The position numbers and the translations under genes were made by a program. Under the pieces are notes generated by a model, which was not told where the DNA came from, did not search any database, and was given only the letters and a program-made list of their open reading frames with translations. Below are positions 1-6,591 of a stretch of 10,499 bases of DNA, piece by piece (position 1 is the first letter of the stretch; each line of letters starts with the position of its first letter). The stretch is taken from positions 1 to 10,499 of the forward strand of contig JBBQPO010000221.1 of assembly GCA_038217285.1 (NCBI GenBank), in the 5' to 3' direction. The DNA is from Chthonomonadales bacterium. Its GTDB lineage: Bacteria > Armatimonadota > Chthonomonadetes > Chthonomonadales > Chthonomonadaceae.

Positions 1-2036
1 ACCTCCTGGATGCGGCGCGCATTGCCCGTCGGCCTGCCGTCGATCAGGGCGCGCACCGCCGTCACGGGCGCATCGCCGGGGGTGCGAACCGCGAACTGCA
101 GCTTGACGGTGGCTTCGGCGGCGTCTGCGTTGTTGTCCGGCGACTTGATGGCCACGATCGGCGGGAGCGTCTGGTCTACCTGGACCACCTCGGTTTTGTG
201 GCCTCGGTCGGCGTCGGCGAGGCGCAGCGCCTCGATTTCGCTGCCCGCGCTCAGCACGCGCTCGACCACATCGGGGCGATAGAAGGTGGACCGAAGGCGG
301 GACGCCGGATAGAAGTCGCTCGCCTGCTCCTTGCCATGATTGATCTGCCAGCCGATCAGGTCTTCGCTGCCCGCCGCCGAATCGTAGTAACCGGTGGGTG
401 TCCAGGCCACCCACTGCTTCTGATCGGCATGCAGGAACAGGGTCATCAGCAGGGCGCCGTCTTTGACGGCGATCCAGCGTATCGTGCCGTCGTTCAGGAG
501 CGCCACGCACTTGCTGCCGTCTTTGCTGACGTTGAGCTGCCAGACGGTCGCGTGCATCCCCACGGACCAACTCTCCTTGCCTTCCGAATCGAACAGACGC
601 AGGGAGAAGTCGCCGCCCAGCAGAAAATGCTTGTCGTCGGGCAGGATCGCCAGACTGCGCCCCTCTTCATTATCGGCCAGCGCCACAGGATGGCCGTTCA
701 CTTTCGGGTGCATCCCGTTCTCCCAATCGGTGACCACCAGACCGGGGACCTGGATAAAGGCCGGGTGCAGTCCGGCCGCCTTGCCCTTGCTCTCCGCTTC
801 TGCCGTACTGTCGGCGATGCCGGTCTCGAGCTTGCGCTGCGCGGCGTTGAATCGCACGGTAGCTTTGTCTTTCGGCTGCACGGCGATCTGAACGATGTCC
901 GCGTTGTCGGAAACCAGGAACGTGGTCAGGCGCATATCGACGTTGGGAGCGGAGAAGGCGCGGGCTTTCGTATCCTCCAGGACGCCCCAGACCGGGTCGC
1001 CGGAAGCAAACAAGACGGGGCCGAGCTTGAGCGGCACCAGTGCGGTGATGGTTTCGGCCGTGGCGGGAACATCCACGGCCTTGCCTTTACCGCCTTCGTC
1101 CCAGCGCCGGATGATTCGCACCGGCAATTCGTTGATCATCACGGCAGTGCGGCCCGCCCCGAACAGTTGTTTGCCATCCGGCGACCAGGCGACCTGGTCG
1201 AATGCGGCGAACGGTATTTTGATATCGTCCGTGAGCGGCGCGTAGAGCAGGGAGAGGTCGGTGAAGGCCAGCACATTGACGTGTTTGGTATCGCCGAAGC
1301 CGACCGCCAGTTTGCTGCCATCCGGCGAAAAGGCCACGGTGTGCGGATGCGTGCCGCCGGGTGTCTTGCGGCGGATCTGCATTTTGAAGTCGGGCGAATA
1401 GAGGCGCACCATGCCGTCCAGACCGGACGAGGCGAACCAGCCGTCCTCGCGGACGGCCACGCTGGTGCAGTCCGCGTTGTACTCCTTGTCTTCGGCGACC
1501 TGCATGCCGTCGGCCACCCGCAGCACGCGTAGGCCGTCGCTGCCCGCCAGCCCTGCGATGATATTCTTGCCGTCCGGCGTGAAGCGAAGGGAGTGCGTGG
1601 CGTTGGGCAGCCCGGTGAGTCGCCGGACGATATGCCCTGACGCCCGGTCGAAGAGATAGATGCAGACGGCTTTATCCCACGCGTAGCCTGAGGTGCCGCC
1701 TGTCGCGATCAAGGTTCCATCGGGGGAGATGGCGACGGAGTAGAGCGAACTCTCCGACCCATACGGCACACGCAGCGTCTTCCGCAGCTCTCCCGAAACG
1801 AGATCCCAGACGCGCACGGTGCCATCCATCCCGCAGGTGGCAAAGAAGGTCTCGGTCCGATCCACGGCCATATCCTTGATCATGCCGGAATGCATCCCGG
1901 TCTCGATGCGTAGGATCGGCTGGGTCGGCGGCTCGTCCGCCCGTGCCGCATGGCCCGGCAGAAGCGTCAGCAGCAGCGCCATCACGCCGACGGCATAGTG
2001 CCGCAGGGTACGGTGTGGTAAGAAACGGTTATTCAT
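1..2036 (-). CDS. Exported WD40-repeat beta-propeller protein, 3'-truncated by the window edge (>678 aa); likely of the WD40 / Ig-like / caspase architecture
   Basis: Translated by hand; not in the ORF track because no stop lies in the window. ATG at 2036-2034 with AGGAG at 2050-2046. Signal peptide MNNRFLPHRTLRHYAVGVMALLLTLLPGHAARA|DEPP. WD-type repeats: FFATCGMDGTVRVWD, SVAISPDGTLIATGG, FASSGLDGMVRLY, VAFSPDGSKLAVG, VAWSPDGKQLFGAG. Then WVAWTPTGYYDS (378-413) and a beta-rich segment LPPIVAIKSP...VRALIDG. No in-frame stop seen down to base 3. Confidence 0.92.
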   Translation of the reverse strand, partial: MNNRFLPHRTLRHYAVGVMALLLTLLPGHAARADEPPTQPILRIETGMHSGMIKDMAVDRTETFFATCGMDGTVRVWDLVSGELRKTLRVPYGSESSLYSVAISPDGTLIATGGTSGYAWDKAVCIYLFDRASGHIVRRLTGLPNATHSLRFTPDGKNIIAGLAGSDGLRVLRVADGMQVAEDKEYNADCTSVAVREDGWFASSGLDGMVRLYSPDFKMQIRRKTPGGTHPHTVAFSPDGSKLAVGFGDTKHVNVLAFTDLSLLYAPLTDDIKIPFAAFDQVAWSPDGKQLFGAGRTAVMINELPVRIIRRWDEGGKGKAVDVPATAETITALVPLKLGPVLFASGDPVWGVLEDTKARAFSAPNVDMRLTTFLVSDNADIVQIAVQPKDKATVRFNAAQRKLETGIADSTAEAESKGKAAGLHPAFIQVPGLVVTDWENGMHPKVNGHPVALADNEEGRSLAILPDDKHFLLGGDFSLRLFDSEGKESWSVGMHATVWQLNVSKDGSKCVALLNDGTIRWIAVKDGALLMTLFLHADQKQWVAWTPTGYYDSAAGSEDLIGWQINHGKEQASDFYPASRLRSTFYRPDVVERVLSAGSEIEALRLADADRGHKTEVVQVDQTLPPIVAIKSPDNNADAAEATVKLQFAVRTPGDAPVTAVRALIDGRPTGNARRIQE

Positions 2037-2148
2037 TCGTTTGTTCTCCTGATATATACGAAACCGGATAAAGACGAAGCCAGAGATGCTGTCCGCGAAT
2101 TGCGGGGCTTTCCGCCTCAAAGGAAATATTGCACAGGTGTGGCAGCGA

Positions 2149-3189
2149 CTATTTGGGAGACGCTGCAAGGCGAAGACGCAGCACGCGCCATGGCCTCGGC
2201 TCGCGCACGATCTCTTCCAGCAAGGGCGTCAGCGTCTCGTCCCGAACTGCGGTTCCGATTCCGACACCGTTCAGGACATGCACCGGGGCGTCGTCTTCGT
2301 CCGCACGGCACGTACACCGACGCGGGAGGCGGCCCTCTGCGTGTGCTGTCCCTGCACCGTGCGGGGTCGCCCCACCCCGGCAGAGAAGCCACGTTTCCCG
2401 CGTCCCTTTCGGCACGTGAACGACCTGCGATTCGGCCAGGCTCTCGTGTGGGGGTGAGGTCTTCCCATCCGCCAGGGTGAGCGGCTGGACCACGAGTTTA
2501 CCATCGGTTCCGGACAGGATCAGATAGGCGCGTAACGGCATCGGAGGCTCGAAGCGTACGCGGAATGTGTCGCCGCCCGCAGCTTCCGAAGCTGGAGATG
2601 TCGGTCTGTCCACCGAAACCATCCTTGCTTTTGGGGAACGCAACGGCTGCAAGCCCGACAGCAGTGTGCGCCACTGTCCTTCGGGACTGGTGGTATCTGC
2701 GGCAATGGCCGCGAGAACGCGGCTGCCGATCTCTCCGATCAGACCTAGTGTGTTTACGCGCGGATCGCGCCGCAGGTTGGCGGTGAGATAGCGCAGAGAG
2801 GAGGCGCTGCCTGCCCACTGGCCGATCAGTGCGCGGGTTCGCCCCTCCCGCAGCAGGCGCGCCACCAGCAGGTAGCGGCCGCTCCCCTCCCCTGACCCCG
2901 ACGCGTACGAGACTTCGCCCTCCAGCGCGTAGCGCGTTGCCGTGTCGCGTTCTCCGCCTGACCCGGGACGTTCGGTGGTCTCTATCCGCATCGTCAGGTC
3001 CCCGTGGTCACCAAGGAGATGCGCCAGAGCGTTCGTGAGACGCGCCGGAAGTTCGTGTTCGACGCCTCCTGCATCGCGCAGCGGACGTAGCCTCAACGTG
3101 AATGGCGCCGCGTGAACGGCTCCGGTGGGAAGCCAGAGCAGCAGCGCCGCCAGCCCCCAACAGCCCATCCGACAGGCTGAACTCCACAT
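2149..3189 (-). CDS. Exported hypothetical protein (346 aa); TolB-N/CsgG-like N-terminal region and diverged DUF4384-like C-terminal region
   Basis: ATG 11 bp after the upstream stop, preceded by GGAG. Signal peptide ...GLAALLLWLPTGAVHA|A. YALEGEV...YLLVARLL resembles the TolB-N-like strand pattern. GDTFRVRF...AYLILSGTDGKLVVQP aligns by eye with GQAFRFEA...LVLLEKDTDGKVYLLSP of the neighbouring caspase. The CDS is well supported; the domain calls are tentative. Confidence 0.8.
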   Translation of the reverse strand: MWSSACRMGCWGLAALLLWLPTGAVHAAPFTLRLRPLRDAGGVEHELPARLTNALAHLLGDHGDLTMRIETTERPGSGGERDTATRYALEGEVSYASGSGEGSGRYLLVARLLREGRTRALIGQWAGSASSLRYLTANLRRDPRVNTLGLIGEIGSRVLAAIAADTTSPEGQWRTLLSGLQPLRSPKARMVSVDRPTSPASEAAGGDTFRVRFEPPMPLRAYLILSGTDGKLVVQPLTLADGKTSPPHESLAESQVVHVPKGTRETWLLCRGGATPHGAGTAHAEGRLPRRCTCRADEDDAPVHVLNGVGIGTAVRDETLTPLLEEIVREPRPWRVLRLRLAASPK

Positions 3190-3200
3190 GTGTACGCTCC

Positions 3201-4655
3201 CTATTCGACCTCGAAGGTCAGACCGAAGGTATAGAAGTCCTGACGTGATGAGGAGATTTCCACGATCCGCCGCAGTTTGCGCGGCTCCACGCCTTCGGCA
3301 GGGAACGCTTTGATCAGGGCGCTCGCGTTCTCTTCCGACGTGAACAGGATCGCCTTGACCCGCTCGATGCCGCGGGCATCCGCCGCGTAGTTGCGCCCAG
3401 TTGCCATCGGCAGGTGCAGCACAGCGTCGGCATTTACCCGCGCGCTGTCGATATTGCCGCCCGAGGGAGAGAGCAGATAGACCTTGCCGTCGGTGTCCTT
3501 TTCCAGCAGAACCAGCCAGCCGCTCTGCGCGCCGATTTTCGCCTCGAAACGGAAGGCCTGTCCTACCTTCACGGAGTTCTGGGCGGGAGTCATCTTCAGA
3601 CTGAACTGCGCAACATCCGTGTGGTCTTCGTTGAAGTCGTCCCAGAGCGTGCGCTTCGGCTCAGGCTTCGGATTCGGCTTCGGATCGGGCGGAGGCAGCG
3701 GTTTGGGGTCCGGCTTCGGATCAGGTTTGGGGTCCGGTTTAGGATCAGCTTTGGGGTCAGGCTTCGGATCGGGCGGAGGCAGCGGTTTGGGCAGATCACG
3801 ACCCTCGAAGACGCGTCGTCCGGCAACCTCTGCAGGGCTGAGTTTGGGCGTCTGAGTCTGCTCCATATAGTCGGCTACTTCGCCGGTGACCTGTGTTTGA
3901 ACCTCATTCCAGAGCGTCTGCGGCGTGGACTTCTGCAGCCGTGCGGTGAGAAAATGGGTGAAGACGCCGCCGCGCGCGCCCTCGAAGTCGTCTTCGCCCG
4001 ACGTCTGGTTGGCCAGTGAGGCCGTGAAGTAGACGATCTCCGCGCCTGCGGCGATATGATCGTTGCTGTCTGCGGCGGCTTCCAGATCGCGGCGAAGCGG
4101 CCCGGTGGCCGCGCGCCGATAGGCGCGTGTCTTCTTGACCCGCCGTCCGATCCCCTTGTGGCTCAGCCCGCCGGAGAAGCAGGCGTCCAGCAGCGCTGTC
4201 CGGCTGCGCGCCGGAATCGCCAGCATGGCTTGATAAAGCTCATCCCGCCCAATGTCGCTATGCTCGTCCTTTTCGCTCGCGTCCCCTGGCAGGAGCGTGG
4301 ACGCTCCGTCGGAGGCGACCGTGCCATGACCGGCGAAATAGAAGACAAAGCGTTCGTCGGGCCGCGACAGGGTCTTGATCCGGGCGAGCGCCGCCATGAT
4401 CTCATTTTTGCCAGCCTGTTCGTTTATCAAGCTTACGACCTCGAAGCCCTGCGCCTTCAGGGTGCGCTCGATACCTCTGGCATCGTTGACACAGCCTTCG
4501 AGGTTGCTGCCCTGCGCCAGTTTCGGATACTCGTTGACGCCGATGACCAGGGCGCGATCCGCCCGCGCCGGACCCGCTGTCAGCGCAGCGCAAAGCAGCA
4601 GTGCGGCTGCGCCGCCGGTACGCGTCCAGCATGTGTTATAAGTGTGTGTTGGCAT
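3201..4655 (-). CDS. Exported caspase-family (peptidase C14, meta/orthocaspase-like) protease with Pro-rich linker and C-terminal DUF4384-like domain (484 aa)
   Basis: Signal peptide ending AGPARA|D. ALVIGVNEY and NLEGCVNDA motifs. Catalytic His110 in FYFAGHG and Cys159 in LLDACFSG. p10-like region TASLANQTSGE...GGVFTHFL...QTP. (P/A)-(D/N/E)-P-K repeats at aa 289-334. C-terminal VKVGQAFRF...LVLLEKDTDGKVYLLSP...GIERVKAILF is typical of DUF4384. Confidence 0.95.
   Translation of the reverse strand: MPTHTYNTCWTRTGGAAALLLCAALTAGPARADRALVIGVNEYPKLAQGSNLEGCVNDARGIERTLKAQGFEVVSLINEQAGKNEIMAALARIKTLSRPDERFVFYFAGHGTVASDGASTLLPGDASEKDEHSDIGRDELYQAMLAIPARSRTALLDACFSGGLSHKGIGRRVKKTRAYRRAATGPLRRDLEAAADSNDHIAAGAEIVYFTASLANQTSGEDDFEGARGGVFTHFLTARLQKSTPQTLWNEVQTQVTGEVADYMEQTQTPKLSPAEVAGRRVFEGRDLPKPLPPPDPKPDPKADPKPDPKPDPKPDPKPLPPPDPKPNPKPEPKRTLWDDFNEDHTDVAQFSLKMTPAQNSVKVGQAFRFEAKIGAQSGWLVLLEKDTDGKVYLLSPSGGNIDSARVNADAVLHLPMATGRNYAADARGIERVKAILFTSEENASALIKAFPAEGVEPRKLRRIVEISSSRQDFYTFGLTFEVE
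3654..3791 (-). repeat. Intragenic 12-bp-period coding repeat (9 x [PA][DNE]PK plus 2 x PLPP) containing an exact 32-bp direct repeat
   Basis: Encodes PKPLPPPDPKPDPKADPKPDPKPDPKPDPKPLPPPDPKPNPKPEPK. GGCTTCGGATCGGGCGGAGGCAGCGGTTTGGG occurs at 3676-3707 and 3760-3791, 84 bp apart and in frame. Confidence 0.95.
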
Positions 4656-4724
4656 ATTCTACTTTCTTCCTTCTCTCCGGGCAGCAAGGCCACCCCAAAG
4701 AGACGGATTCCCTGTTTCACGGCT

Positions 4725-5672
4725 TCATTGGGTTTTCGCGGCAGGCTCGTAGGAGATGCTGGGCGTAGAGGTCTTCACCCTCAGGCCGCGCGAGATCGGC
4801 CCGCCGGGACGCTGGCCCCAGCCCTCGAGGGCTTCCTGGGTGACAAAATCTTCGTGCAGCCAGAGAAAGCCTTTGTTGCCCCAGGCGGTCGTCCATGAAT
4901 TGACCATCAGGAAGGCGTGTTTGTCTTCGTCGTAGCCGACAATACAGATGGCGTGAAACCCGGCGCGGGTGCCTTTGTTTTCGGAAGGCCGGTACACATA
5001 TTCGGGGTCGTGCGGAACGGTGTAAAACTCTTTGTAGACCGCGATGCCGATGACGAACGGCTGTTTCGTCTCCCACAGCCAGTTTTTCAGTTTTTCGGCG
5101 TCGCCCTCCTCGCCCAGCAGCTTGCCCTTAAACAGGCTGACCGTCTGCCGCGCCCGATAGCGCAGCGCGTGGGTTTTGGCCTTTTCGTCGGGCTGGGAGG
5201 TGACATCCGCTTCGACCCACGGCATATCCGCCATCGCCGCGCAGCCCTGTTTCGCCAGGATGTCGAACGCCTCGAAGATGTGCATGCCCTTCTCTTTATC
5301 ACCCATGTTGTACTGATGCCAGATGAAGGCAGGGCTGAACACAAAGCGCGGGTCTTTGCGTTGTTCGGGCGTCAGTTGCCGCTGCCGCGCGATCGAAGTC
5401 GTGTAACAGTAGTAAGCGGTGGACCATCCGACGCAGGCGCTCGTACCGCCCTGATTGCCGACCGGAGGCAGGTCGGCGGCCAGGCTGAAATGTTTTGGGC
5501 GATCCAGGCCGCGTTTGGCGGCGATATGGACCCGAGCATGGGTCGCGAAGGCTTCGGAAGGCGAGGGATCACAGCCCAGACCCTGCCCGAACGCCTGCGG
5601 TCCGGCGGCACACGTCAGCGTGGCCGCCGCAAAAATCCATAGAGAGGAAACGCGTAGGGCGAGGCATGTCAT
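4725..5672 (-). CDS. Exported papain-like cysteine protease (peptidase family C1, 315 aa)
   Basis: Oxyanion Gln74 and catalytic Cys80 in VGNQGGTSACVGW. FSPAFIW motif. His240 in GFHAICIVGYD. Asn258 in FLMVNSWTTAWGNKG. Hydrophobic N-terminus ending QAFG|Q. Strong RBS AAAGGAGG about 9 nt upstream of the ATG. Confidence 0.96.
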   Translation of the reverse strand: MTCLALRVSSLWIFAAATLTCAAGPQAFGQGLGCDPSPSEAFATHARVHIAAKRGLDRPKHFSLAADLPPVGNQGGTSACVGWSTAYYCYTTSIARQRQLTPEQRKDPRFVFSPAFIWHQYNMGDKEKGMHIFEAFDILAKQGCAAMADMPWVEADVTSQPDEKAKTHALRYRARQTVSLFKGKLLGEEGDAEKLKNWLWETKQPFVIGIAVYKEFYTVPHDPEYVYRPSENKGTRAGFHAICIVGYDEDKHAFLMVNSWTTAWGNKGFLWLHEDFVTQEALEGWGQRPGGPISRGLRVKTSTPSISYEPAAKTQ

Positions 5673-5702
5673 AAGAGAGAGCCTCCTTTGTCAGATGGAA
5701 TA

Positions 5703-5740
5703 GTGAAGCGACGCGAAAAGAGTTTTTTGCGTCGCTCCAC
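5703..5740 (-). other. Long stem-loop upstream of the protease cassette (possible terminator of the upstream genes, or a 5'-UTR/stability element)
   Basis: Minus-strand RNA GUGGAGCGACGC-A-AAAA-ACUC-UUUU-C-GCGUCGCUUCAC: a 12-bp stem with one G-U, an A-C mismatch, 4 further bp and a 4-nt loop. No U-tract follows, so the function is uncertain. Confidence 0.6.
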
Positions 5741-5745
5741 ACACA

Positions 5746-5778
5746 GTATACGTACCGCCCGTATACATACCGTATACA
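5746..5778. promoter_or_regulatory. Candidate operator/promoter with three GTATAC palindromes
   Basis: GTATAC at 5746-5751, 5761-5766 and 5772-5777. CCGTATACA is directly repeated at 5759-5767 and 5770-5778 (11-bp period). Minus-strand TATACT (5750-5745) is a -10-like hexamer with no matching -35. Confidence 0.5.
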
Positions 5779-5818
5779 AAAGAGCGGTAGTTCATAAATC
5801 TCGTAGCCCGTTCCTTTT

Positions 5819-6565
5819 TTAACCTTTCGTTGGCCCCAGGTGCGGTCGGACGACGTCGGCGCGGATCTTGTACCCGGCGGCGTTGTTGTGCAGGCGGTCG
5901 CTCCGGAACAGGTCTTCGCGCGGCTTGCCATCGGGGCCGAGGAACTGCTTCCACAGGTCGATATAGTCCAGGTTCTTGCCCGAGCGGATGTATTTCGCGA
6001 TGAGTCGGTTCGCCTCCATTTCCTTTTCGGAGTTCCGTTCCCAGCGCACCGGGCTCGGGTTGATGGAGAGGAAGGCGATGCGGGTGCGAGGCAGTTTCGC
6101 TCGAACCGTCTTGACGAACGCTTTGAAGTCGGCGAAGACCTGCGGGGGCGTCTTCCCGGCGGCGATGTCGTTGCCGCCGACCTGAAGCACGATCAGCTTC
6201 GGACGGTACGGAATGACGATGCGGTCGGCGAAATAGACGGAGTCCGCAATCTGCGATCCGCCGAAACCGCGATTGATCACTTGCTGGTCCGGGAAATCCT
6301 GCGCCAGTGTCTCCCACAGCCGCGTACTGGACGAGCCGATAAACAGGACGCCGCCCTCCGGCGGAGGCGTGATCTTGTCGGCCTCCTCGAAAGCCTGTAT
6401 CTCCTTCTCCCACTTCGCACTCGGCGAGACGTCGGCTGTCGTCGCCTGCTTGTCGGCCTGTCGACTAAAGACGCGCATCGCAGGCCGCCCACCCGCCTGA
6501 CCGACGTGCGGCCACAGCAGAACAAGCAGAGTCGGAACGAGGGTAAGGAACTTCTGTTTTCGCAT
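5819..6565 (-). CDS. Exported SGNH/GDSL-family hydrolase (lipase/esterase-like, 248 aa)
   Basis: Block I LFIGSSS (a common GDS variant), block II NRGFGGS, block III QVGGND, block V DRLHNN (DxxH). Signal peptide MRKQKFLTLVPTLLVLLWPHVGQA|G. RBS GAGGAG at 6580-6575. Confidence 0.95.
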   Translation of the reverse strand: MRKQKFLTLVPTLLVLLWPHVGQAGGRPAMRVFSRQADKQATTADVSPSAKWEKEIQAFEEADKITPPPEGGVLFIGSSSTRLWETLAQDFPDQQVINRGFGGSQIADSVYFADRIVIPYRPKLIVLQVGGNDIAAGKTPPQVFADFKAFVKTVRAKLPRTRIAFLSINPSPVRWERNSEKEMEANRLIAKYIRSGKNLDYIDLWKQFLGPDGKPREDLFRSDRLHNNAAGYKIRADVVRPHLGPTKG

Positions 6566-6591
6566 TTATGGATTCTCCTCCGGTAGCGTTT

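Noticed and set aside
198-1532. 444-aa plus-strand ORF and the other plus-strand ORFs within 10-1659
   Set aside because: The 444-aa ORF is the in-register antisense shadow of the WD40 gene. None has recognisable motifs, and such shadows are common in GC-rich DNA.
2093-2116. Small alternative hairpins (CCGC/GCGG, GGC/GCC) in the spacer before the WD40 gene, considered as a riboswitch or terminator
   Set aside because: Stems of only 3-4 bp are expected by chance at this GC content. There is no U-tract and no recognisable aptamer consensus.
3676-3791. 32-bp direct repeat pair resembling a mini CRISPR array
   Set aside because: Only two copies, in frame inside a coding Pro-rich repeat. The intervening 52 bp is itself repetitive, and there are no cas genes.
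3484-3855. Gly/Ser-rich 123-aa ORF (GSGFGSGLG...) and the Arg-rich 3414-4019 ORF
   Set aside because: Both are antisense readings of the PDPK linker of the caspase gene.
5778-5820. AAAAGAGCGG...CCGTTCCTTTTTT as an intrinsic terminator
   Set aside because: The loop is about 20 nt and the stem is weak. The T-run is on the plus strand, where no gene ends.
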